64,000 bases of DNA, taken from Gemmobacter sp. Its GTDB lineage: Bacteria; Pseudomonadota; Alphaproteobacteria; Rhodobacterales; Rhodobacteraceae. Every line of letters begins with the position of its first letter. The first letter of the stretch is position 1. Of this stretch, positions 16,638 to 26,780 are shown piece after piece. The translations under genes and the position numbers were made by a program. The stretch spans positions 7,652 through 71,651 of the forward strand of contig JBAYSY010000005.1 of assembly GCA_041675885.1 (NCBI GenBank), given 5' to 3'. The notes under the pieces are model-generated. The model was not told the DNA's origin, searched no databases, and saw nothing but the letters and a program-made list of their open reading frames with translations.

Positions 16638-18668
16638 CTACACGTCCGGATCGGGGGTCGTCGTCGAGAAGGCTTCGGCGGTGTTGGTCCGGTCGGCCGC
16701 ATCGCCACCCGCCAGAACCTCGACGGTGATCTCGGGGCAATCCGTGGTGCAGACCGGCAGGTTCGCAGCATCGCAGCGCAGGTTGGCGGCGAAATCACCA
16801 TCGGGGTTCACGGTGCAGACGAAGCCAGCGGGGGCAGAGACACTGACGGCAGCGGGGTCCACGATGGGCGCAAGCCGGTCGGTCAGCACCACGTTCAACG
16901 CCTCGGCAGGCCCCACGTTCTGCAAGCCGATGGTGAAGATCACGGGCTCGCCCGATTCGAAGCTGGCGCCATTGACCGATTTGCTTACGCTGACATCGGC
17001 CCAGTTTTCGCCCGCCGCGCTGGTCACGTTGGTCGTGGTGGTGTTGTTGCCAAGGTCTTCGTCGTCGATGTTGTAGGCGGGCGAGCCGACCGTCATCCCG
17101 TTCGAGATCGCGCCTTCTTCCGTCACCAGCGCGGTCAGCGTGATGTTGCCGGTGGCACCGCCGGGCGCAAGCGGGCTTGCTTCCGTGTAAAGCGACGGGG
17201 CCTCGCAGACGACATCCATCGGGCCGACCAGCGGGGACGCCTCGCTCGCGATCGGGCAGGTCCAGCCCGAGGGTGCGTTGATGCTGGTCACCGACAGCCC
17301 GGCGGGCAGGTGGTCGGTCATGGTCATCGGGCCGTAAAAACCCGCCGTGCCCGCGTTGCTTGCCCGGATGGTGAAATCGTAGCTGTTGCCCACCGTCACC
17401 AGCCCGCGCGCCGGGCCGGACTTGTTCGCGACCAGATCGACCGTGGGTTCGACGATCGACACCGGCGTGTCGCTGGCGGTGTTGTTGTTCGGGTTGACGT
17501 CGTTCGCGGCCGTAATCGCCGCCTCGTTCCGGACACCCGCGCCGGTGGCCACGGCCTCGGCCACGATCTGGATCGGCGTGGCGTAGCCGCCGGGCGAGCC
17601 GCCTTCGGGATAGGTGCAGGTGACGGTGCCGCCGATGGCCTCGCAGCTCCAGCCGCCCGGCTCGGTCACGCTGACGAACTCGTAGTTCGCGGGCAGCGTG
17701 TCGGTGATGGTGGCCGCCCCCGGCGGGCTGCCCACGTAACCCGGGGTCAGCGTGAAGGTGACCTGATCGCCCCGCAGGATCTGCGCGCCCGAGGGGCTGC
17801 GGCTTTTCGACAGCACATAGTCGGTGCCGGGCAGAATCTCGATGTCCTGCACCGCGCTGTCGTTGCTGTTGTCCGGGTCTTCGGGGTTTGAGCCGCTCAG
17901 CGCCGCGGCGATGACCACATTCGACGCATCCGCCGTGGTGACCTGCGTCGAGAAGTCGAGCGTGACGGAATCGCCCACCGGGATCTCGTCGGTGACCGTG
18001 CAGGTGACATTGCCGCCCGCGACCTCGCAGATACCGGGCAGCGTGACGAAAGAGGGCGAAAGGCCGGTCGGCAGCGGGAAGGTCAGCACCGTGCCCTGCG
18101 ACGGATAAGGGCCGTTGTTGGTGACGGTGGCGCTGAAGCTGGCGAAATCGCCGGACTGGACCGGGCTGACCCCGGCCAGCGTGAGTTCGAGATCGGTGCC
18201 CAGATAGACGGTGGTGGATTCCGAGTTCGACGGCCCGTCGTCCCCCATCTGCCCGGCGACGGTGAAGGTCTGGCTGGCCCCCATCGGCCGCACCAGGATC
18301 GCACCCTCGATCCCCTGGGTCGCCGCCAGCGCCGGCACGTCGCAGGTGACGGTCAGCGGCCCGTCGAGCGGCGGCTCCCCCGCCGGATCGGGCAGACAGT
18401 TCAGAAGACCGCCGGTGAATCCCTCGTATCGCGAGGCGCCGGGGATGGTGAAACTTACCGTCGTGGCCGGGGCGCCGGAACTGCTGCTCGCATTGCTGAT
18501 GCGCGTGGTATAAGGCACGAGGCCCCCGGCCGCGATCGGGTCGTAATCGGCGCCGCCAATGCCGGTGTCGCGCAGATCGAAGGTCCAGCTCTGGGCATGA
18601 ACGGGTGCCGCGGCGAACATGGCAAGGCAGAACAACGAGACTTTAAGCCCCCAAGCCGACTGGCGCAT
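16638..18668 (-). CDS. N-terminal segment (676 aa) of the same DUF11-repeat surface protein, with a Sec signal peptide; ends at an in-frame TAG
   Basis: An ATG at 18668 gives MRQSAWGLKVSLFCLAMFAAAPVHAQS, with GAAGGG upstream. About 5-6 DUF11-type modules follow. It is in the same reading frame as 7686..16484. Confidence 0.85.
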   Translation of the reverse strand: MRQSAWGLKVSLFCLAMFAAAPVHAQSWTFDLRDTGIGGADYDPIAAGGLVPYTTRISNASSSSGAPATTVSFTIPGASRYEGFTGGLLNCLPDPAGEPPLDGPLTVTCDVPALAATQGIEGAILVRPMGASQTFTVAGQMGDDGPSNSESTTVYLGTDLELTLAGVSPVQSGDFASFSATVTNNGPYPSQGTVLTFPLPTGLSPSFVTLPGICEVAGGNVTCTVTDEIPVGDSVTLDFSTQVTTADASNVVIAAALSGSNPEDPDNSNDSAVQDIEILPGTDYVLSKSRSPSGAQILRGDQVTFTLTPGYVGSPPGAATITDTLPANYEFVSVTEPGGWSCEAIGGTVTCTYPEGGSPGGYATPIQIVAEAVATGAGVRNEAAITAANDVNPNNNTASDTPVSIVEPTVDLVANKSGPARGLVTVGNSYDFTIRASNAGTAGFYGPMTMTDHLPAGLSVTSINAPSGWTCPIASEASPLVGPMDVVCEAPSLYTEASPLAPGGATGNITLTALVTEEGAISNGMTVGSPAYNIDDEDLGNNTTTTNVTSAAGENWADVSVSKSVNGASFESGEPVIFTIGLQNVGPAEALNVVLTDRLAPIVDPAAVSVSAPAGFVCTVNPDGDFAANLRCDAANLPVCTTDCPEITVEVLAGGDAADRTNTAEAFSTTTPDPDV

Positions 18669-18906
18669 CACAATACCCTTCAGTCCCCCGACGACCTTTT
18701 CCGGCCGCCAAATTCTTGTTTCCCGCGTCGGCGCCCGCAGGCACCGGACTACCGGCAATCAGATCGGTCAAATGACTCGCACCGCACCCGAATGCAACCT
18801 ATGGCTGCGCTTCGGCAGCCTGATTCATGTCGTGGATAGCGAAATGCCCTCCCGATGCAATGCCCTGCGGCCCTGTTGCGCAGAAACAGTCGGGGTGTGA
18901 TTCTGA

Positions 18907-20355
<1,449 letters not shown>

Positions 20356-20356
20356 C

Positions 20357-21370
20357 ATGGCCCGCATGACGATGATCGAGGCAATCCGCGACGCGCTGGA
20401 CGTGGCGATGGGGGCCGATGCCCGCGTCGTGGTGTTCGGCGAGGACGTGGGCTATTTCGGCGGGGTGTTCCGCTGCACCGCCGGGCTTCAGGCGAAATAC
20501 GGCACCACCCGCTGCTTCGACACGCCGATCAACGAATCCGGCATCGTCGGCGCCGGGATCGGCATGGCCGCCTACGGGCTGCGCCCGGTGGTCGAGATCC
20601 AGTTCGCCGATTACGTCTATCCGGCCTATGACCAGATCGTGTCCGAAGCGGCCCGGCTGCGTTACCGTTCGGCCGGGGGGTTCACCTGCCCGATGGTGAT
20701 CCGCATGCCCACGGGCGGCGGCATCTTCGGCGGCCAGACCCACAGCCAGTCGCCCGAGGCGCTGTTCACCCATGTGACCGGCCTCAAGGTCGTGGTACCC
20801 TCGAACCCGCGGGACGCCAAGGGCCTGCTGCTTGCCGCCATCGAAGACCCGGATCCGGTGATTTTCCTTGAGCCCAAGCGGCTTTACAACGGCCCGTTCG
20901 ACGGCCACCCCGAACGCCCGGCGACAGCGTGGAAATCGCATGATCTGGGCGAGGTGCCCGAGGGGCATTTCACCGTGCCGCTGGGCCGGGCCGCGATACG
21001 GCGCGAGGGCCGCGCCGTCACCGTGCTGGCCTGGGGCACGATGGTGCATGTCGCGCTGGCCGCCGCCGCCGAGACCGGGATCGACGCCGAGGTGATCGAC
21101 CTGCGCACGCTGCTGCCGCTCGATCTCGACGCGGTGGTGGCCTCGGTCCGCAAGACCGGCCGTTGCCTCGTGCTGCACGAGGCGACGCTGACCTCGGGCT
21201 TCGGCGCGGAACTCACGGCGCTGGTGCAGGCGGAATGTTTCTACCACCTGGAAGTGCCGATCCGGCGGGTGGCGGGCTGGGACACGCCCTATCCCCATGT
21301 TCATGAGTGGAGCTATTTCCCCGGTCCCGCCCGCATCGGCGAGGCGCTGCGCGAATTGATGGAGGTCTGA
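20357..21370 (+). CDS. bkdA2: Branched-chain 2-oxoacid dehydrogenase E1 beta subunit
   Basis: MARMTMIEAIRDALDVAM..., typical of E1 beta. The start is 1 nt after the E1 alpha stop. Confidence 0.9.
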   Translation: MARMTMIEAIRDALDVAMGADARVVVFGEDVGYFGGVFRCTAGLQAKYGTTRCFDTPINESGIVGAGIGMAAYGLRPVVEIQFADYVYPAYDQIVSEAARLRYRSAGGFTCPMVIRMPTGGGIFGGQTHSQSPEALFTHVTGLKVVVPSNPRDAKGLLLAAIEDPDPVIFLEPKRLYNGPFDGHPERPATAWKSHDLGEVPEGHFTVPLGRAAIRREGRAVTVLAWGTMVHVALAAAAETGIDAEVIDLRTLLPLDLDAVVASVRKTGRCLVLHEATLTSGFGAELTALVQAECFYHLEVPIRRVAGWDTPYPHVHEWSYFPGPARIGEALRELMEV

Positions 21371-21371
21371 A

Positions 21372-22625
21372 ATGGGTGTCCATTCGATCCGCATGCCCGA
21401 TATCGGCGAAGGCATCGCCGAGGCCGAGATCGCCGAATGGCTGGTCTCACCCGGCCAGATGGTCCGCGAGGACGAGCCGCTGGCCGCGGTGATGACCGAC
21501 AAGGCCACGGTCGAAATCCCCTCGCCGGTGGCGGGCAAGGTGCTGTGGCTTGCCGGAGAGCCGGGCGACATCCTGGCGGTGGGGGCCGAACTGATCCGGC
21601 TGGAGGTCGAGGGCGACGGCAACCTCGCCCCCGGCGCGGCAGAGGAGACAGAGCCGGAAGCGGAGAAAGAGCCGGAACCGCAGCCGCAGCCGCAACCACA
21701 GGCCCGCCCCCCCGCCGCGCCGCCGCCGCCGCGCCCGGCACCCGCCGCCGCCCTGCGGCCCGAGGGCGAACGGCCGGTCGCGCCCCCCTCGGTGCGCAGG
21801 CGCGCACGCGAGGCCGGGGTGGACCTGCGGCAGGTTCGCGGCTCCGGCCCCTTCGGGCGGATCACCCAGGACGACCTGTCGGCCTTCATCGCCTCGGGCG
21901 GGGTCGCCGCCGCGCCGGGGCCGCGGCCCGACACCTCGGTCGAGGAGATCCGCGTCATCGGGCTGCGGCGGAAAATCTCGGAAAACATGGCCCGCGCCGC
22001 CACGATCCCGCATATCACCATCGTGGAGGAGGTGGACGCAAGCGCGGTGGAAGACCTGCGGGCCCGGATGAATGCCGACAGCCGGGGCGAAAAGCTGACA
22101 CCGCTTGCCTTCATTGCCCGCGCGCTGGTCCGCGCCCTGCGCGAACAGCCGATGCTCAACGCCCATCACCTGCCTGATGACGGGCTGGTCCGCCGCTTCG
22201 GCGCGGTGCACCTGGGCATCGCGACCCAGACGCCCGGCGGGCTGATGGTGCCGGTGCTGCGCCATGCCGAGGCGCTGACCCTGCGCGAGACCGCGGCCGA
22301 GATCGCCAGGCTGGCGCAGGCCGCCCGCGACGGCGGCGCCCGGCGCGAGGAACTGACCGGCTCGACCGTCACCATCACCTCGCTCGGGCCGCTTGGCGCC
22401 ATTGCCACCACGCCGATCCTGAACGCGCCCGAGGTGGCCATCGTCGGCGTCAACCGGATGGCGGTGCGGCCCCACTGGAACGGCTCTGCGTTCGAGCCCC
22501 GGCGGATGATGAACCTGTCGTGCAGCTTCGACCACCGGGTGATCGACGGCTGGGACGCGGCGGTCTTCGTGCAGCGGCTCAGGCAACTGCTGGAAACCCC
22601 GGCGCTGATTTTCATGGAGGGCTGA
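21372..22625 (+). CDS. bkdB: Lipoamide acyltransferase E2 component
   Basis: Lipoyl domain (IRMPDIGEGIAEAEI...VMTDKATVEIPS), a Pro/Ala linker, a subunit-binding domain, and a catalytic domain with DHRVIDG. Confidence 0.9.
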   Translation: MGVHSIRMPDIGEGIAEAEIAEWLVSPGQMVREDEPLAAVMTDKATVEIPSPVAGKVLWLAGEPGDILAVGAELIRLEVEGDGNLAPGAAEETEPEAEKEPEPQPQPQPQARPPAAPPPPRPAPAAALRPEGERPVAPPSVRRRAREAGVDLRQVRGSGPFGRITQDDLSAFIASGGVAAAPGPRPDTSVEEIRVIGLRRKISENMARAATIPHITIVEEVDASAVEDLRARMNADSRGEKLTPLAFIARALVRALREQPMLNAHHLPDDGLVRRFGAVHLGIATQTPGGLMVPVLRHAEALTLRETAAEIARLAQAARDGGARREELTGSTVTITSLGPLGAIATTPILNAPEVAIVGVNRMAVRPHWNGSAFEPRRMMNLSCSFDHRVIDGWDAAVFVQRLRQLLETPALIFMEG

Positions 22626-22626
22626 G

Positions 22627-24015
22627 ATGCGCGAGATGTCATGCAGGCTTCTGGTGATCGGCGCGGGCCCGGGCGGCTATGTCTGCGCGATCCGGGCCGG
22701 GCAACTTGGCGTGGATACCATCGTCGTGGACCCCGAGCCGCCGGGGGGCACCTGCCTCAACGTCGGCTGCATCCCGTCGAAGGCGCTGATCCACGCGGCG
22801 GACGAATTCCACCGTATCGCCAGGCTTGCCGCCGCCCCGGCGATGGGGATCGCCGCCACCGGCGCCACCATCGACCTTGCCGCCACCACCGCCTGGAAGG
22901 ACGGGATCGTCTCGAAGCTGACCGGGGGCGTGGCGGGGCTGCTGCGCAAGGCCGGGGCCCGGCTGGTCGCGGGCGAAGCGCGCCTGCGCGACGGCAAGAC
23001 CGCCGTGGTCTCCACCCCCGAAGGGCCGGTGATGATCCATGCCGAACTGCTGGTCATCGCCACCGGGTCCGAGCCGGTGGAGCTTCCCTCGCTGCCGTTC
23101 GGCGGCCGGGTGATCTCGTCGAACGACGCGCTGGCGCTGACCGGACTGCCCGAAAGCCTCGCCGTGGTCGGCGGCGGCTATATCGGGCTTGAGCTTGGAA
23201 CCGCCTTCGCCAAGCTGGGCAGCCGGGTGACGGTGATCGAAGCCGCGCCGCGCATCCTGCCGCAATATGACGCCGAACTGACCCGGCCGGTCATGCAGCG
23301 CCTTGCCGCGCTGGGGGTCCGGGTGCTGACCGGGGCACGGGCGGGGGGCATGTCGGCCACCGGCGCGCTGCGGGTGGCGCTTGCCGACGGGGCCGAGGAC
23401 ATCGTGGCGGAAAAGGTGCTGGTCACCGTCGGGCGCCGCCCGCGCGGCGCCGGTGCCGGTATCGCGGAACTGCGGCTGGAGATGGACGGCCCCTTCCTGA
23501 AGATCGACGACCGCTGCCGCACCTCGATGCGCGGCGTCCATGCCATCGGCGACGTGACCGGGGAACCGATGCTGGCGCACCGGGCCATGGCGCAGGGCGC
23601 GATGGTCGCCGAAATCGCCGCGGGCAAGCCCCGCGCCTGGGACCACCGCGCCATTCCGGCGGTGTGCTTCACCGACCCCGAGATCGTCTCGGCCGGTCTC
23701 TCGCCCGAGGAGGCGCAGCGGCAGGGGGTCGAGGTGGTCACGGGGCTGTTTCCCTTCTCGGCCAGCGGCCGGGCGATGACCTCCGGGCGCGAGGACGGCT
23801 TTGTCCGCGTCACCGCCCGCAAGGACAGCGGCGAGGTGCTGGGCATTCATGCCGTCGGGGCCGGGGTGTCGGAACTGGCCGCGGGCTTCGCGCTTGCGCT
23901 TGAGATGGGCGCGGGGCTTGAGGACGTGGCGGGCACGATCCACGCCCACCCCACCCGGGGCGAGGCCCTGCACGAGGCCGGCCTGCGCGCGATGGGGCGG
24001 GCGCTGCATATCTGA
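22627..24015 (+). CDS. lpdV: Dihydrolipoyl dehydrogenase E3
   Basis: GAGPGGY FAD fold, the redox disulfide GGTCLNVGCIPSK, and a C-terminal HAHPT motif. Confidence 0.9.
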   Translation: MREMSCRLLVIGAGPGGYVCAIRAGQLGVDTIVVDPEPPGGTCLNVGCIPSKALIHAADEFHRIARLAAAPAMGIAATGATIDLAATTAWKDGIVSKLTGGVAGLLRKAGARLVAGEARLRDGKTAVVSTPEGPVMIHAELLVIATGSEPVELPSLPFGGRVISSNDALALTGLPESLAVVGGGYIGLELGTAFAKLGSRVTVIEAAPRILPQYDAELTRPVMQRLAALGVRVLTGARAGGMSATGALRVALADGAEDIVAEKVLVTVGRRPRGAGAGIAELRLEMDGPFLKIDDRCRTSMRGVHAIGDVTGEPMLAHRAMAQGAMVAEIAAGKPRAWDHRAIPAVCFTDPEIVSAGLSPEEAQRQGVEVVTGLFPFSASGRAMTSGREDGFVRVTARKDSGEVLGIHAVGAGVSELAAGFALALEMGAGLEDVAGTIHAHPTRGEALHEAGLRAMGRALHI

Positions 24016-24113
24016 CCGGGGGCCACCACGTCACGGCCCGCCGCCATGCCGTTCCGCACCCGCCGGGCGACTCTGTTCCGGACAGCCGGGGGCAGGACGT
24101 GCTATAGGATACC

Positions 24114-25607
24114 ATGCACAGGACGGATGATACCGGGACATCTTCCGGCCCGATGCCACCGGGTGGCACGGCGGGCGGGGGGACGCTTGCCCGGCAGGTG
24201 GCCGGGGCGGGGCCGCCGTCGCGCCGCCCTGCCGCCATGCGCCACTGGAAGGCGATCGGCCTCGGCACCCCGGTCTTTGCCGCCATCGTGCTGATCGTCT
24301 GCGGCCTCATGGCCGGGCTGGGCATCTGGATCAACGCCAATGCCCGCGCCGTGGGGGTGCAGGCGGCGGCCGAGACCAACGCCTTTTACATGGACCTTCT
24401 GTTCGAGCCGCTGCTTGAGGGCCTGCCGCGCGACCGGGTGCTGCCGCCGCAGATCGAAGGGCAGCTTGACATGGTGCTGTCCGAGGGGTTTCAGGATCGC
24501 TCGATCGACACCGCGATCATCTGGTGGCCCGACGGAACCATCGCCTACAGCACCGACAAGAGCCTGACCGGAACCCGGATCCTGTCCGGGAACCTCGAAC
24601 GCGCGCTTCAGGACGTCATCGTGGCCAAGCTGATCGAAGGCGGGCCGGAGAGCGGGCACAACCAGTCCGGGCACGGGACCACCTTTCTGGAAATCTACGC
24701 GCCGCTGCACGACAGCCGGACCGGCCAGGTCATTGCCGTTGGCGAGTTCTATCAGGACGCGGGTCATTTCGCCGCCGGGCTGCGGCGGCAGGGCTATGCG
24801 ATCTGGGGCGTCGTCGGCACCACCACCGCGCTGCTGCTGGCGCTGCTGTTCGCGACCGCGATCCGGGCCGGGGCGGTGGTGGGTGCGCAGCAGGACGAAT
24901 TGCGGCGGCACCTGCGCGCCTCGCAGGAACTGGCGGAACAGAACGCCACCCTGCGCCGGGCTGCCGATTCCGCGCGGCTCGACGCCTTCCGCATCAACGA
25001 GGACATGCTGAACCGGATCGGCGCCGATCTTCATGACGGGCCGCTGCAACTGATGAGCCTGATCGTGCTGCGCCTCCGGGGGATCGCGCCGGACCGGGAC
25101 AAGACCCCGGCCGAACTGGCCGAGGAGGACAAGACCATCGGGCTTGCGACCCAGACCATCCAGGAATTGCGCGAACTCTCGCACGGGCTGGTGCTGCCGG
25201 AACTCGGGACGCTCGGCGTTACCGAAACGCTGGCGCTTGCCGCCGCGCGCCACGAGAACCGCACCGGCACCCCGGTCGAGACCCGGTTCGGCGACCTGCC
25301 GCACGACCTGCCCGCCGCGCTGAAGATCTGCCTTTACCGCATCGTGCAGGAGGCGCTGAACAACGCCTTCCGCCATGCCGGGGGCCTTGGCCAGTCGGTC
25401 CACGCCCGGGCCGACGGCGGGCGGATCGAGGTCGTCGTCAGCGACGAGGGGCCGGGGATGGACCCGGCGGAGGCCGGGATCGGGCTGGGAATGCCGGGGC
25501 TGGCCCGGCGGCTCCAGTCCTTCGGCGGCAGTCTCGGGGTGGTGTCGCACCCGGGCGGGGGCACGCGGATCACCGCGTATCTGCCGCTGGACACGCCGGG
25601 GCCGTGA
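24114..25607 (+). CDS. Membrane sensor histidine kinase (HisKA_3 / NarX-like class)
   Basis: Two TM segments flank a periplasmic region of about 190 aa. H-box RIGADLHDGPLQ. HATPase_c motifs (EALNNAFRHA, DEGPGMD, GLGMPGL). An alternative start lies at 24237. Confidence 0.8.
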   Translation: MHRTDDTGTSSGPMPPGGTAGGGTLARQVAGAGPPSRRPAAMRHWKAIGLGTPVFAAIVLIVCGLMAGLGIWINANARAVGVQAAAETNAFYMDLLFEPLLEGLPRDRVLPPQIEGQLDMVLSEGFQDRSIDTAIIWWPDGTIAYSTDKSLTGTRILSGNLERALQDVIVAKLIEGGPESGHNQSGHGTTFLEIYAPLHDSRTGQVIAVGEFYQDAGHFAAGLRRQGYAIWGVVGTTTALLLALLFATAIRAGAVVGAQQDELRRHLRASQELAEQNATLRRAADSARLDAFRINEDMLNRIGADLHDGPLQLMSLIVLRLRGIAPDRDKTPAELAEEDKTIGLATQTIQELRELSHGLVLPELGTLGVTETLALAAARHENRTGTPVETRFGDLPHDLPAALKICLYRIVQEALNNAFRHAGGLGQSVHARADGGRIEVVVSDEGPGMDPAEAGIGLGMPGLARRLQSFGGSLGVVSHPGGGTRITAYLPLDTPGP

Positions 25608-25619
25608 CGGCGCCGCGCC

Positions 25620-26288
25620 TCAGTGCAGCCGGGGGCCGCCCTGCGGCTCACCCGCACCGGCCGCAAGTTTCTGCGCCGCGAGAACCACCTCGATCCGGTT
25701 GCGGACGTTCATCTTCTGCATCAGGATCGTCATATAGTGTTTGACGGTCTTTTCGCTGATGTCCAGATGGCTTGCGATTTCCCTGTTGGTCTTGCCCTTG
25801 AGCAGATGCCGCACGATCTGTTCCTCGCGCAGGCTCAGCGACAGGGCCTGCAACGCCGCCCGGCGCATCGACGCGTTCCGAAGCGCCGAGATCACCTTTG
25901 CCGCAAGGCTCTGGGTGACGTAGGTCTCGCCCTTCGCGACGGAACGGATTGCCGCCGCCAGTTCCGACGCCGTGCTGCCCTTGATGACATAGCCATGCGC
26001 CCCGGCCTCCAGCGCGCGCACCGCATGTTCGATCGCCGAGGATGCGGTGAAGACCAGGATCCGGATGCCGGGGGCCTGCTGGCGGATCGCCGGAATCGCC
26101 TTGAAGGCGTTTCCCGGCATGTCGAGATCGAGCAGGACCACATCGACCTTGCCCGGTTTCGACAGCGCGACGGCCTCGGTCGCCGATGTGCCCTTTGCCG
26201 TCACCGTGAAATCCCGCGACCCGGCGAATACACCGGCCAGACCTTCCAGAAAAATCGGGTGGTCGTCGAAAAGCCCCAGTTTCATCAT
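25620..26288 (-). CDS. NarL/FixJ (LuxR-type HTH) response regulator
   Basis: MMKLGLFDDHPIFLEGL..., receiver Asp in VVLLDLDMPG, and a C-terminal LuxR HTH (LSLREEQIVRHLLKGKTNREIASHLDISEKTVKHYM). Confidence 0.9.
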   Translation of the reverse strand: MMKLGLFDDHPIFLEGLAGVFAGSRDFTVTAKGTSATEAVALSKPGKVDVVLLDLDMPGNAFKAIPAIRQQAPGIRILVFTASSAIEHAVRALEAGAHGYVIKGSTASELAAAIRSVAKGETYVTQSLAAKVISALRNASMRRAALQALSLSLREEQIVRHLLKGKTNREIASHLDISEKTVKHYMTILMQKMNVRNRIEVVLAAQKLAAGAGEPQGGPRLH

Positions 26289-26780
26289 GAAAAACAACCT
26301 CTTGGAACGGCGGAATGACAGCACGACTGCAAGTCGTCCAGAATGGACCATGCCCCTTTCGCAACCTGTGGGACTCCGGCACCGCCCTGCCTGTTGCAGG
26401 AAGGCCCCGCCGCCACCGATTCGAGACGGTTCCGCGCCTCGAATGCCTGCATCATTGCAGGCGCCCGGACAGGCGCCCCGGAACGGGGCCGACGACTGTC
26501 CGGCCGGGAATCAGACCGATCCGGCTGGATTTCCCCCTGTGTCCGCAGCATTTCGTTGCATTTTGTTGTGAACCTGAATTTAAGCACGATTCCGCCGATT
26601 CATCAAGAAACAACGTGCCGGAAACAGGTTGCATGAGGCGGATGCGCCCTGAAAAGCCGCCGGATTGCCGGGCCGGACCCATTCACCGACACATTCAGGG
26701 CGGAAAACACCCGATTCGGCTGTCAAGCGGAATATTCCCGTCGGCGGCGCGGCGCGCATCGGCCGGGTCGGCATTCGTGG

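Noticed and set aside
16638-16640. The in-frame TAG as programmed recoding (pyrrolysine or dedicated readthrough)
   Set aside because: No pyl genes or recoding signals are visible in the window, and I know of no precedent in this lineage. A nonsense mutation or a base-call error is the simpler explanation. It is kept as a finding, but not as recoding.
3547-17891. Plus-strand ORFs of 1,393 aa (3547..7728), 1,880 aa (8778..14420) and 1,065 aa (14694..17891), opposite the barrel and DUF11 genes
   Set aside because: For 8778..14420 I checked that the codon register is the exact reverse complement of the sense gene (8778 and 7686 are both 0 mod 3). The other two are rejected on composition and on the well-supported gene on the opposite strand. 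All three translations are low-complexity and Arg/Gly/Asp/His-rich, with no recognisable domain.
26289-26780. Several 60-170-aa ORFs on both strands in the spacer between the HlyD gene and the response regulator
   Set aside because: They overlap one another, have no RBS or motifs, and show mixed composition. I treat the region as non-coding, probably the regulator's promoter plus the operon's terminator. I found only a weak 4-bp hairpin followed by a T-run, so I call no terminator.
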